NCBI GenBank assembly: GCA_963815115.1
Contig: CAWFFN010000008.1
Location: 160,001-224,000, forward strand
DNA length: 64,000 bases
Direction of reading: 5' to 3'
DNA from: an uncultured delta proteobacterium
GTDB lineage: Bacteria; Desulfobacterota; Binatia; DP-6
Made by a program: the position numbers and the translations under genes
The notes under the pieces: generated by a model
What the model was told of the DNA's origin: nothing
The model's database searches: none
The model's input: the letters and a program-made list of their open reading frames with translations, nothing else
Shown here: positions 47,492 through 56,436 of the stretch, piece by piece
Numbering within the stretch: position 1 is the stretch's first letter
How the letters are laid out: every line of letters begins with the position of its first letter

Positions 47492-49264
47492 GTGGGACCA
47501 TGCGGGGAGGCTCGCCTGACGAGGCTGCGCACGCTCGGCGCGCTCTGCGCCCTCGTCGCCGCCGCCACGGGCTGTACGAGTCGCGACCCCCCGCCCCCTC
47601 CGCCCTACAACATCGTCGTCGTGCTCTCCGACGCGCTCCGCGCCGCGAGCCTGCCCATGTACGGCTATCCGCGCGACACCGCGCCCCATCTCGCGGCGCT
47701 CGCGCGCGAGAGCCGGCTGTTCGCGACCCATCTCGTCCACTACCCGGGCACGACGACGTCGCTGAGCCAGCTCTTCACCGGCCGGCTCGTCCCGCCGCTC
47801 CTGCTCGGCAACAAGGCGATCGCGGTGCCAGTCGACGCGATTCCCGCCGATCTCTTCGTGCTGCCGGAGGTGCTCCGGGCGCACGGCTATCGCACCGGGA
47901 TCGTCACGTCACACTACTGGTTCACGGAGGGAACGCCGCTGCTGGCGGGCTTCGAGAGCCGCACCGTCGTGCCAGGCGGCGATCGCTCGTATGCGCCGTT
48001 CGAGGAGCTCATGCCGCCGATCACGGCGTTCATCGACGCGGCGCGCACGGATCCGCGCCCGTTCTTCCTCTACGTCCACTCCCTCGACACGCACGCCCCC
48101 AACGACTACCACCCCGGCTTCGACGGCTTCCGCGACGCGCCGGGCTTCTCCGACGCCTACAACCGCTACGACGCGGAGATCCTCTACACCGACCACTGGG
48201 TCGACGAGCTCGTCGCCCTGCTCCGCCGCGCCGGCCTGCTCGACCGCACGGTGTTCGCGTTCACGGCCGACCACGGCGAGGAGCTCGGCGAGCTCGGTCC
48301 CGAGCGCTGGAACCGCGATCACGGCCTCACCGTCCGCCGCGTCCTGCTGCACGTGCCGTTGCTCATCCGCTTTCCCGGCGATCCGGCGCGCGGGCGGCGC
48401 TACGACGCCCTCACCCGGCACATCGATCTCGCGCCGACGCTGATCGGGCTCGCCATGCCGGGCTTCGCGTTCGACGGCTACCGCATCGACGGCGAGGACC
48501 TGAGCGGCGCGCTCCGCGCCGGCGACGACGGCGGGAAGACGTCGCGCACGAGCATCTCGTCCAGCCCGCGATACCGGGGCATCGACGTGGGCGACCTGGA
48601 GCTGCACTACGATCAGTGGGAGGACACGTTCTCGCCGCTCTACCGGCCGGCCCCCGACGCGCACAACTACCCGATGCTCCGCGAGGTCGACGACGCGAGC
48701 ACGCGCGACCGCCTCGTCGGCGAGCTCCGGCAGGAGATGGAGCGCCGTGACCGCGAAGGCGCGGCGCTCCCCCCCAGAGCCGACCTCCCCGACGACGTCC
48801 AGATCCCCGTCCCGACGACCGTCGCGGCGGAGAGCGCCAGCAGGCCCACGTTCACCGACGCCGCCGAGGATCAGCGCTGGACGCACACCGGCGCGCTCCT
48901 CTCGTGCGCTCCCGGCGAGCATCCCGGCTCCCTCACCGTCGCGACGCGCTGGGTCCCGGGCGTCTACCGCGTCGCGATCAACCTGCACGCGGGCCTGCTC
49001 CGCCAGGGGTACCGCGACGAGTTCACGGTCGCGCTCGGGCGCGACGGCGATCCGCCGCAACGTGTCCGCGGCGCCGACGCGGACGCTACGGGATGGGTGG
49101 ACCTGGGCGAGCACACGATCGGTCGCGAGCTGGTCCTCACGATCGGCACGCCGGACGGCGGGGTCGCGATCGGCGGACTGCGGCTGCGGCGCGCCGCCGG
49201 GCCGCCATCCGACCAGCCGGACGACGGAACGCGCGGACGCCTGCGGTCGCTCGGCTACGAGTGA
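47492..49264 (+). CDS. Sulfatase-like hydrolase/transferase (alkaline phosphatase superfamily), probable lipoprotein
   Basis: NIVVVLSDALRA, GTTTSLSQLFTG (no CxPxR), HSLDTHAP, YDAEI, TADHGEE, HVPL. Confidence 0.8.
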   Translation: MGPCGEARLTRLRTLGALCALVAAATGCTSRDPPPPPPYNIVVVLSDALRAASLPMYGYPRDTAPHLAALARESRLFATHLVHYPGTTTSLSQLFTGRLVPPLLLGNKAIAVPVDAIPADLFVLPEVLRAHGYRTGIVTSHYWFTEGTPLLAGFESRTVVPGGDRSYAPFEELMPPITAFIDAARTDPRPFFLYVHSLDTHAPNDYHPGFDGFRDAPGFSDAYNRYDAEILYTDHWVDELVALLRRAGLLDRTVFAFTADHGEELGELGPERWNRDHGLTVRRVLLHVPLLIRFPGDPARGRRYDALTRHIDLAPTLIGLAMPGFAFDGYRIDGEDLSGALRAGDDGGKTSRTSISSSPRYRGIDVGDLELHYDQWEDTFSPLYRPAPDAHNYPMLREVDDASTRDRLVGELRQEMERRDREGAALPPRADLPDDVQIPVPTTVAAESASRPTFTDAAEDQRWTHTGALLSCAPGEHPGSLTVATRWVPGVYRVAINLHAGLLRQGYRDEFTVALGRDGDPPQRVRGADADATGWVDLGEHTIGRELVLTIGTPDGGVAIGGLRLRRAAGPPSDQPDDGTRGRLRSLGYE

Positions 49265-51810
49265 GATCCGTCGGCGCGCGGCTCCGCGGGTCCCGCACCT
49301 GCTGCGCCGATCGTCACCAGCACGCCGGGCGCGCCCGACGTCACCCGGGGCGCGACCTGCACGCGCGCCGCGGGGTAGCGCGCGCGCAGCTCGGCGTCGA
49401 CCCGCGCGGCCCGCGCCTGCGCCAGCGCCGCGAGCGCTCCCGGCGCCGGGGACACCGTGCGCCCGAGCTGCGCCAGCCGCCGGGCCTGCTCCCGCGTGAG
49501 CGCCGGCGGCGGGTCCGGTGCCGGGTCGACCGTCGCCCGCAGATGCTCCACGAGCGCACGCCATTGCGGCGTCTCGGGCTGGCTGCCGAGCGCGTCGAGG
49601 ATCGCCCGCGCCCGCAACACGGCGACGTCGGCCTCCCCGCTCCGTCCCGCGAGCGTGACGGCGCGCGACGGCTCGCGGGCCAGGAGCACCGCGAGCCGGT
49701 CGAGCGTCTGCACGGCCGCCGGGTCGAGCGCGTCGCCACCCGCCGGGGACGCGATCGTCACGGCGCCGGCCGCGGGCAGCGAGCGCAGCGCGGCCTCGGC
49801 CAGCGCGTCCCGGAACGCGGTGCGAACGCGCGCCGCGGTGTCGGACACCGGCGCGTCGAGCGCGCCCGCGATCGCGAGGTCGAGGACGGCGGGACCGCCG
49901 CCCTCCTGCGCCAGCGCGAGCGCGCGATCGAAGGGGACGCCGGGAGCAAGGGCGAGCGGGTCGCCGTCGCTGCGCTTCTCGGGCGACACGCCGTCCAGCA
50001 CGATCCGCGTCGGCGCCCTGAACGCCCGTCCCTCGAGGTCCACCGTGCTCGTCAGCGTCAGCGTGCCGGCCGCCGCGCCCCAGCCCGTGGCGCCCGCCAG
50101 GTACGGGTGCAGCGCAGCCAGCGGGATGTCGCGCATGCCGAGCTCCACGCGCTTTGCGGGACCGAGCTCCGCCGCCACGTGGAGCGACGCGCGATCCATG
50201 CGCGTCGCGGCCGTGACATCGGTGCGCCGCGGTTGCGGTCCGCCGGCACGGTGCAGGACGACGTGCACGTCGCGGAAGGTGGCCTGGTAGAGCGGCTCGA
50301 CCACGCGGTCCTCGAAGAAGAGCGTCCCGTCCTGCGCCTCGACGGTCGACTCGAGCTCCTCGGGCGGCGGCGGCGCGTCGCCCGCGGCGGCCGCCACGGG
50401 CAGCAGCGCCGCGAGCCGCCGCATCGCCGCGAGCCCGCGGACGTCGCGGCGCAGCACCAGGTACGGCGCGTCGACGACGGCATGCCGGAAGGCGGCGTGG
50501 CGCGGCGCCAGCGTGAAATGTGCGACGTCGGTCGCGAGATGCTGCCAGCCGAGGATCGGCTCGCCGTCGACCGTCACGGACACGTCGTCGAGCGCGAGCG
50601 TGCCGTCCGAGAGGACGACCGGCAGTCCGGTCACGGCGAACGCGCCGCTCACCGCGCCGGCGATGGCGAGCCCGGACGGGAGCGGCGCCAGGAGCGCCGC
50701 GACCTCGACGCCGTCGAGCTTCACGCGTCCCTCGACGGCGCGGCGCGCGACGTCGATCGTGCCGCGCGCGCGCACCCGCCCGGCCGCGCCGACCCGGGCG
50801 CGCGCGGCGACCGTCGCCGGCCCGGCCGTCGACACGCCGCGCGCGACGAGACCCGTCACGTCGAGCGGAGGCCACCCCTCAGGGCGAATGCGCACGCCCG
50901 CCAGCGACAGCACGTCGATCGCGCCGCCCCAGCCGAACGGCGCGGCGCGGGGCGCGTCGATCCCGCCGTCGCGCATCGAGAGCGCGCGCATGCGCATCAT
51001 GCCGCCCTCGAGGTCCGCATGCACTCGTGCGAGTCGCACCGCGCCGAGCCGCGCGCGCCATCCGCTGCGATCCGCCAGCCGCAGGCGCTCGATGCGGAGG
51101 TCGCCGTCGAGCCGCGCACTCGAGGCGTCGGCGGATCGGCGGTAGCCGACGCGACCCGTCGCGCTGCCAGCGCGGACACCGGCCGGCAGCAACGACGCGA
51201 CCGGACGGAGGTCGAGACCGCTCGCCGCCGCCGTCAGCCGGAGCCCTCGCGTGTCTCGCCGGCCATGGAAGCGCCCGCCCTCGACCTGACCCCGGAATCG
51301 GAGCGGCGTCCGTCCGCGGCCTCCCCACACCGCCACCGACGACGCCGCGACGTCGTGCAGGTGCGTCGTCCGTCGCGCGAGCCGGCGGACGTGGCCGGCG
51401 GTGACGTGCAGCTCGCCGATGCGGAGCGACGTCCACCGCCACGCCCCCGCGCCGTGTGCGACGGCTCCGTCGACCCATCCACGCTCCACGTCGACACGCC
51501 GGAGACGGAGCTGCCGGCGGACGAGCGCCATGAGTGGCGCCTCGATCCGCACCCGGGCGGCGTGCAGCACCGGGCGGCCCCGGTGCGCCGACGTCACGTG
51601 GACATCGCCCAGGTCGAGGGCGAACGGCCGCCACTCGATCCCGAGGCGCCCGATCTCGACCGGCCGGCCCGTCGCGCGCGTGAGCGTCCACCCGAGGAGC
51701 GCGGCGCCCGCGGTCGGCAGCGCGAGCCACGCGGTGACGACCACGCTCGCGACGAGGAGCGCCGTCCACGCCCCTCGACGCGCCGCACGGCTCGGGCGGC
51801 GGTCCGGCAT
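49255..51810 (-). CDS. DUF748/AsmA-like membrane-anchored protein
   Basis: N-terminal TM, TGRPVEIG, FEDRVVEP, LAALHPYL, ALALAQ..G...LDLAIAG.LD.P. Confidence 0.65.
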   Translation of the reverse strand: MPDRRPSRAARRGAWTALLVASVVVTAWLALPTAGAALLGWTLTRATGRPVEIGRLGIEWRPFALDLGDVHVTSAHRGRPVLHAARVRIEAPLMALVRRQLRLRRVDVERGWVDGAVAHGAGAWRWTSLRIGELHVTAGHVRRLARRTTHLHDVAASSVAVWGGRGRTPLRFRGQVEGGRFHGRRDTRGLRLTAAASGLDLRPVASLLPAGVRAGSATGRVGYRRSADASSARLDGDLRIERLRLADRSGWRARLGAVRLARVHADLEGGMMRMRALSMRDGGIDAPRAAPFGWGGAIDVLSLAGVRIRPEGWPPLDVTGLVARGVSTAGPATVAARARVGAAGRVRARGTIDVARRAVEGRVKLDGVEVAALLAPLPSGLAIAGAVSGAFAVTGLPVVLSDGTLALDDVSVTVDGEPILGWQHLATDVAHFTLAPRHAAFRHAVVDAPYLVLRRDVRGLAAMRRLAALLPVAAAAGDAPPPPEELESTVEAQDGTLFFEDRVVEPLYQATFRDVHVVLHRAGGPQPRRTDVTAATRMDRASLHVAAELGPAKRVELGMRDIPLAALHPYLAGATGWGAAAGTLTLTSTVDLEGRAFRAPTRIVLDGVSPEKRSDGDPLALAPGVPFDRALALAQEGGGPAVLDLAIAGALDAPVSDTAARVRTAFRDALAEAALRSLPAAGAVTIASPAGGDALDPAAVQTLDRLAVLLAREPSRAVTLAGRSGEADVAVLRARAILDALGSQPETPQWRALVEHLRATVDPAPDPPPALTREQARRLAQLGRTVSPAPGALAALAQARAARVDAELRARYPAARVQVAPRVTSGAPGVLVTIGAAGAGPAEPRADGSHS

Positions 51811-51887
51811 CCCCGCCGACGCTCGCAGACCCGGACGCCAGGCGCAACACTTGACAGCGCGTGCCGCCGGCGCGAAGGGCGAGCCCC

Positions 51888-52706
51888 ATGCGCCGCGCCG
51901 CGAGCGTGCTCGTTCTCGCCTGTGGCGCCGCATCGGTGGCGGACACCGGCGGTCTCACGACGTCGTTCCCCGCGTGTGAGGTCGTCGTGCCGGCGGTCGC
52001 CCGCGCCGCGTCCTGGCTCGCGGCATTCCCGCAGGAGGAGCTCCGCTTCGACGCGGCGATCATGCTGAGCCAGCTCCGCCGCACGATCGACGGGAACTCC
52101 CTGGCGGCGGCGTTCGACACGGCGCGTGTCGTCGCCGACCACGACGACGACAATCCCCAGCGCCGCTTCTGGCTGCCGGACTTCGCCTCCCCGCCGGAGC
52201 ACACGGCGCGCTGGACGGTGCCGTCCGACGGGACGACGCGGGTCAACACGAACCGGGTCCTCATCGAGGCGCTGCACTGCGCCGAGAACGGCTGGCGACG
52301 GGAGACGATGGCCTACGTCTGCGGACCGATGCGCGACGGCGGCGGCTACGAGTCGACGCACGCGCTGTGGGCGCTCGATCTCGCGCGCCGCCGCGGCTGC
52401 GTCACGCGCGCCGAGTTCCATCGCTGTGCACGGCCGATCGCGGTCGAGCTCGACGCGGCCGAGCGCGCACCGCGCGCGCCGGCACGCTCGCTCGACCTCG
52501 ATCTGTTCGCCGAGCGCCTGCTCGTGCTCGCGATGGCAGGCTGGCCGGCGGATCGCCTCGAGCCGTGGGCCCACGAGCTGCTCCGCCGCCAGCAGCCCGA
52601 CGGCAGCTGGACCGTCCCCGGCGCCGACGAGCCCGCGTATCACCGCTATCACGCCACCGCGATGTCGGCCTGGGCGCTCGCCGAGTGGTGCCGGAGGCTG
52701 CGCTGA
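51888..52706 (+). CDS. Secreted alpha-helical protein with a QW-like repeat
   Basis: Signal-like N-terminus; GGYESTHALW, RRQQPDGSW, YHATAMSAWAL. Confidence 0.55.
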   Translation: MRRAASVLVLACGAASVADTGGLTTSFPACEVVVPAVARAASWLAAFPQEELRFDAAIMLSQLRRTIDGNSLAAAFDTARVVADHDDDNPQRRFWLPDFASPPEHTARWTVPSDGTTRVNTNRVLIEALHCAENGWRRETMAYVCGPMRDGGGYESTHALWALDLARRRGCVTRAEFHRCARPIAVELDAAERAPRAPARSLDLDLFAERLLVLAMAGWPADRLEPWAHELLRRQQPDGSWTVPGADEPAYHRYHATAMSAWALAEWCRRLR

Positions 52707-54199
52707 GACCGGCGGGGGACCTGGCGCGCCGCGTCCTCGGCGCCGACCTGCGGGCGCTCGCCGTCCTGCGCATCGGACTCGGCATGGCCGTCCTCGCCGA
52801 TCTCGCCGTGCGGGCCGGCGACCTGTACGCCTTCTACACCGACGCCGGCGTCCTCTCGCGCAGCGATGCGCTCGTCCTGTTCGGCTGGCTGCACGCGTGG
52901 CCGCTCTGCGTCCACATGGCCGGCGGCAGCTCCTGGAGCCAGGCGCTGCTTTTCCTCGTCGCAGCGGCCGCGGCGGCGGCGCTCGTCGTCGGCTGGCGCA
53001 CGCGGCTCGCGACCGCCGTCACGTGGCTCCTCACGATGTCGGTGCAGCTGCGCAACCCCTTCGTCGGTGCCGGCTACGACCAGCTGCTCCGCATGCTGCT
53101 CTTCTGGGGCTGCTTCCTGCCGCTGGGCGCCCGCATGTCGGTCGACGCGATCCGCCGGCCCGCGTCCACGACCGCCTGCCTGTCGGTGGGCACGGTCGCG
53201 CTCCTGGCGCAGGTCGTCATCGTCTACGCCAGCGCCGGCATCGCCAAATGGGTCCAGCCCGCCTGGCACGACGGGAGCGCGCTGCTCTCCATCCTCGACG
53301 ACGACTTCCGCGTGACCGCGAGTGGCCTGCTGCTCGCGCGTGCGCCGGATCTGGCGCGGAGCCTCGGACGGGCCGTGCCCGTCCTCGAGATCGGCGGCGC
53401 GACGCTGCTGCTGGCGCCGAGCGCCCTCGTGCGAACGGCGACCGTGGCCATGCTCTGCGCGATGAACGTGCTGTTCGGGCTCTGCCTCGACATCGGATTC
53501 TTCCCGTGGGTGGCATCCATCGCGCTCCTCGGGCTCCTGCCGTCCTGGGTCTGGGAGCGACCCGTGGTCGAGCGGTGGGTCGTGCAGCCGATCGACCGCG
53601 CCGCGGCGTGGGGTGCGCGCCGGCTTCCGGCCGGCGCGCCGCGGCCGGTGCGGCGTGTGGCCGTGCTCGAGGCGGTGTGCGCCGTCTTCCTCGCCTACGT
53701 CGCCGTCTGGAGCGTCGGAGTCGCGCGCGATTCGGCGTACCGCCCGCGACCCGGAATCGGATGGCTGGGGAGCACGTTCTTCCTGCAGCAGGACTGGCGG
53801 ATGTTCTCGGTGCCGCCGACGCGGAGCGGCTGGATCGTCATCCCGGGCCGATTGACCGATGGTCGCGAGGTCGACCTGCTGCACGCCGGAGGTCCCGCGC
53901 CCCGCGCGGACGCCAGGAGCGTGACGCCGGTCGCCTGGGAGAAGCCGGCCGTGCCATCGCGCCTCTACCGGAACGATCGCTGGCGCCTCTTTCTCGCGCG
54001 ATCCGTCCACGGCCCGGGCACGGAGGAGTGGCTCCGGCACTACGGCCGCTACCTCTGCCGCGAGTGGAATGCGGCCCCGGCCGGCGTGCCCCAGCTCGAA
54101 AGCTTCCAGATCGTCTTCATGGTCGCGCCGGTGCCCGCGCCGGCGGGCTCCCGCGTCCACCGGCGCGAGATCGCCTGGACCCATCGCTGCCTCGAATGA
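52685..54199 (+). CDS. HTTM-domain membrane protein
   Basis: DLRALAVLRIGLG, FYTDAGVL.R, RNP..GYDQLLR.LLFW..FLPLG, K..PAW.DG, QDWRMF. Confidence 0.75.
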   Translation: MVPEAALRPAGDLARRVLGADLRALAVLRIGLGMAVLADLAVRAGDLYAFYTDAGVLSRSDALVLFGWLHAWPLCVHMAGGSSWSQALLFLVAAAAAAALVVGWRTRLATAVTWLLTMSVQLRNPFVGAGYDQLLRMLLFWGCFLPLGARMSVDAIRRPASTTACLSVGTVALLAQVVIVYASAGIAKWVQPAWHDGSALLSILDDDFRVTASGLLLARAPDLARSLGRAVPVLEIGGATLLLAPSALVRTATVAMLCAMNVLFGLCLDIGFFPWVASIALLGLLPSWVWERPVVERWVVQPIDRAAAWGARRLPAGAPRPVRRVAVLEAVCAVFLAYVAVWSVGVARDSAYRPRPGIGWLGSTFFLQQDWRMFSVPPTRSGWIVIPGRLTDGREVDLLHAGGPAPRADARSVTPVAWEKPAVPSRLYRNDRWRLFLARSVHGPGTEEWLRHYGRYLCREWNAAPAGVPQLESFQIVFMVAPVPAPAGSRVHRREIAWTHRCLE

Positions 54200-54307
54200 C
54201 GCGAGCCCGAATTTTCTTGACCCTCACACTGCAGACTGGTAGCCCAGCGCAGCCTGTCGGCTGTGGCCCGCGGGTCTCCGGTGCAGAGTCGATCTTTGGA
54301 GGTGTCG

Positions 54308-56422
54308 ATGAGCGCTTCTAAAACTGCCATCGGGCTCGCGTTCTTGCTCGCCGTCTTGCCACGGCCGGCGGGCGCCATCCCGAGCGGGGACGCCAAGTGC
54401 CGCAAGAGTCTCGGCGCCGGCGTGAAGAACGCGATGAACGTGGTGCTGAAGGAGCAGCAGAACTGCTTCAAGTCCGTGATGGCGGGGCGGCTCGCCGGCG
54501 TGAACTGCGATGACGTCCACGACCCCGCCTTCCCCGGTGCGCTCAAGGTCCAGACGGCCGCGAACAAGGCGGTCAAGCTCGCCGCCAGCGGCTGCGCGCT
54601 CGCATCGACCCCGCAGACCAACGGCTACGTGTTCTGCCCGTCGCCGTGCGGCGCGATCTCGATCTCGGGCTACGCCGACGTCGCGAACTGCCTCGTGTGT
54701 CTGACCGAGTCCGAGTCGAGCATCGCGGACAACAGCGCCTACGGGACGCCGCCGCCGGCGCTCTCGAGCGACGATCAGCGGTGTCAGATCCGCGTCGGGC
54801 AGGCGCTCCGCAAGTACGGCCTCGTGCGCGCGAAGGCCCAGCAGACGTGCCAGTACTCGGAGGACATCTCGCCGCTCGGCACGAACTGCCGCATCGCCGA
54901 TCCCAAGGGCACCGTCGCGAAGGCGGTCATCAAGCTGAAGCTGTCGATCGCGAGGTGCGCCGACGCGGATCTCGCCGGCCTCACGAGCTGCGCGACCAAC
55001 GTCAACGGCGAGCAGAGCTGCATCCAGGGTGCAACCGAGCTGATGGTCGACGACCTGTTCGCCGACGTCTACACGCCGGCCGGGACGAGCGCCGTCTTCG
55101 TCTCGTCGAACACCGGGTCGCCCGGCGGCACGGGAACGATCGCCGATCCCGTCGATACGATCACCGGCGGCCTCAGCGTCGCGATCGGCAGCGGCGCGGC
55201 CAACGTCTTCATCGACGGCGGCGCCTACAGCGAGTCGCTGTCGCTCGTGAGCGGGATCAACCTGGTCGGCGGGTTCAACTCCGCCGGCGGCTGGATCCAG
55301 GACGGCTCCGCCACGACCGTCTTCGGCGGCACGACGGGCATCCTCGGCGCGCTCGTGGCCGACGTCGTCGTGGATGGGCTCACCGTGCACTCGGCCGGGA
55401 ACGGCTCCACGGGCGGCAGCTCGTACGGCATCCGGCTGGTCGGGTCGACGAACGTCATGATCAAGGGCGGGACGATCGTCGCCGGCAGCGGCGGCCCCGG
55501 CGCGAACGGCGGCAACGGCGGCAACGGCTTCGCCGGCGGTGGTGGCGGCAACGGCGGCAACGGCTGCGAGGACTCGTCCATCTTCTGCGACAGCTGCGCG
55601 CGACCCGGCGGCGGGAGCAGCGGCCCCGGCGCCATCTGCAACGGCGGCACCGGCGGTGGTGGGGGCGGCGGCGGACTGTCCGGGAAGGACACGTCGTCGG
55701 GCAACCCCGGTGGCGGCGGCGGCAACGGATCGGGAGCGGCGGGCTCGAGCGCGGGCGGCTCGGGCGGCTCGGGCGGCGGCGCCAGCAGCATCGGCTTCCA
55801 CGGCAACGTCGGCTCCCCCGGCAACGCAGGCTCCGACGGGTCCGGCGGCGCCGACTTCGGCGGCGGGGTGAGCACGTACGCGCCGGCCGGCGGCGGCGGC
55901 GGCGGCAACGGCTCGGCCGGTGGCGGTGGCGGCGGTGGCGGCGGTGGCGGCGGCGGCAGCTCGGTCTGTGACAGCTGGGGCGGCGGCGGCGCCGGTGGCG
56001 GCGGTGGCGGGTGCGGCGGCGGTGGCGCCAGCGCCGGGACCGGCGGGGGCGGCTCGTTCGGGATCTGGATCGACGGCGGCAATTCGACCGTCGTCGGCGT
56101 CACCATCCAGACCGGCACCGGCGGCACCGGCGGCAGCGGCGGCGCGGGCGGCACCGGCGGCGGCGGGGGCGGCGGCGGCGCGGGCGGCGGCGGCGAGGAC
56201 GACTCCGGCGCCGGCGCGGGCGGTCGAAACGGCGGGAACGGTGGCCGCGGCGGACACGGCGGTGGTGGCGGTGGCGGTCCGTCGATCGGGATCGCGTGCG
56301 TCAGCGGCGGAACCGCCGCGACGAGCTCGAACGTGTTCACGATCGGCGCCTCGGGCTCGGGCGGCAGCTCGCCGGCGAGTCCGGGCGCGACGGGTCGCAA
56401 CGCGAACACGTCGGGCTGCTGA
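54308..56422 (+). CDS. Secreted protein: Cys-rich helical N-domain, DUF1565-like region and Gly-rich (PE-PGRS-like) tail
   Basis: RBS ggaggt, signal peptide, GTIADPVDTITGG..GAYSESL, long GGN repeats at ~55480-56280. Confidence 0.8.
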   Translation: MSASKTAIGLAFLLAVLPRPAGAIPSGDAKCRKSLGAGVKNAMNVVLKEQQNCFKSVMAGRLAGVNCDDVHDPAFPGALKVQTAANKAVKLAASGCALASTPQTNGYVFCPSPCGAISISGYADVANCLVCLTESESSIADNSAYGTPPPALSSDDQRCQIRVGQALRKYGLVRAKAQQTCQYSEDISPLGTNCRIADPKGTVAKAVIKLKLSIARCADADLAGLTSCATNVNGEQSCIQGATELMVDDLFADVYTPAGTSAVFVSSNTGSPGGTGTIADPVDTITGGLSVAIGSGAANVFIDGGAYSESLSLVSGINLVGGFNSAGGWIQDGSATTVFGGTTGILGALVADVVVDGLTVHSAGNGSTGGSSYGIRLVGSTNVMIKGGTIVAGSGGPGANGGNGGNGFAGGGGGNGGNGCEDSSIFCDSCARPGGGSSGPGAICNGGTGGGGGGGGLSGKDTSSGNPGGGGGNGSGAAGSSAGGSGGSGGGASSIGFHGNVGSPGNAGSDGSGGADFGGGVSTYAPAGGGGGGNGSAGGGGGGGGGGGGGSSVCDSWGGGGAGGGGGGCGGGGASAGTGGGGSFGIWIDGGNSTVVGVTIQTGTGGTGGSGGAGGTGGGGGGGGAGGGGEDDSGAGAGGRNGGNGGRGGHGGGGGGGPSIGIACVSGGTAATSSNVFTIGASGSGGSSPASPGATGRNANTSGC

Positions 56423-56436
56423 CGACGGAATCCCGG

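Noticed and set aside
55480-56280. GGC-rich repeats as an array, or the antisense poly-Pro ORF as a gene
   Set aside because: This is low-complexity Gly-coding sequence of the + strand protein.
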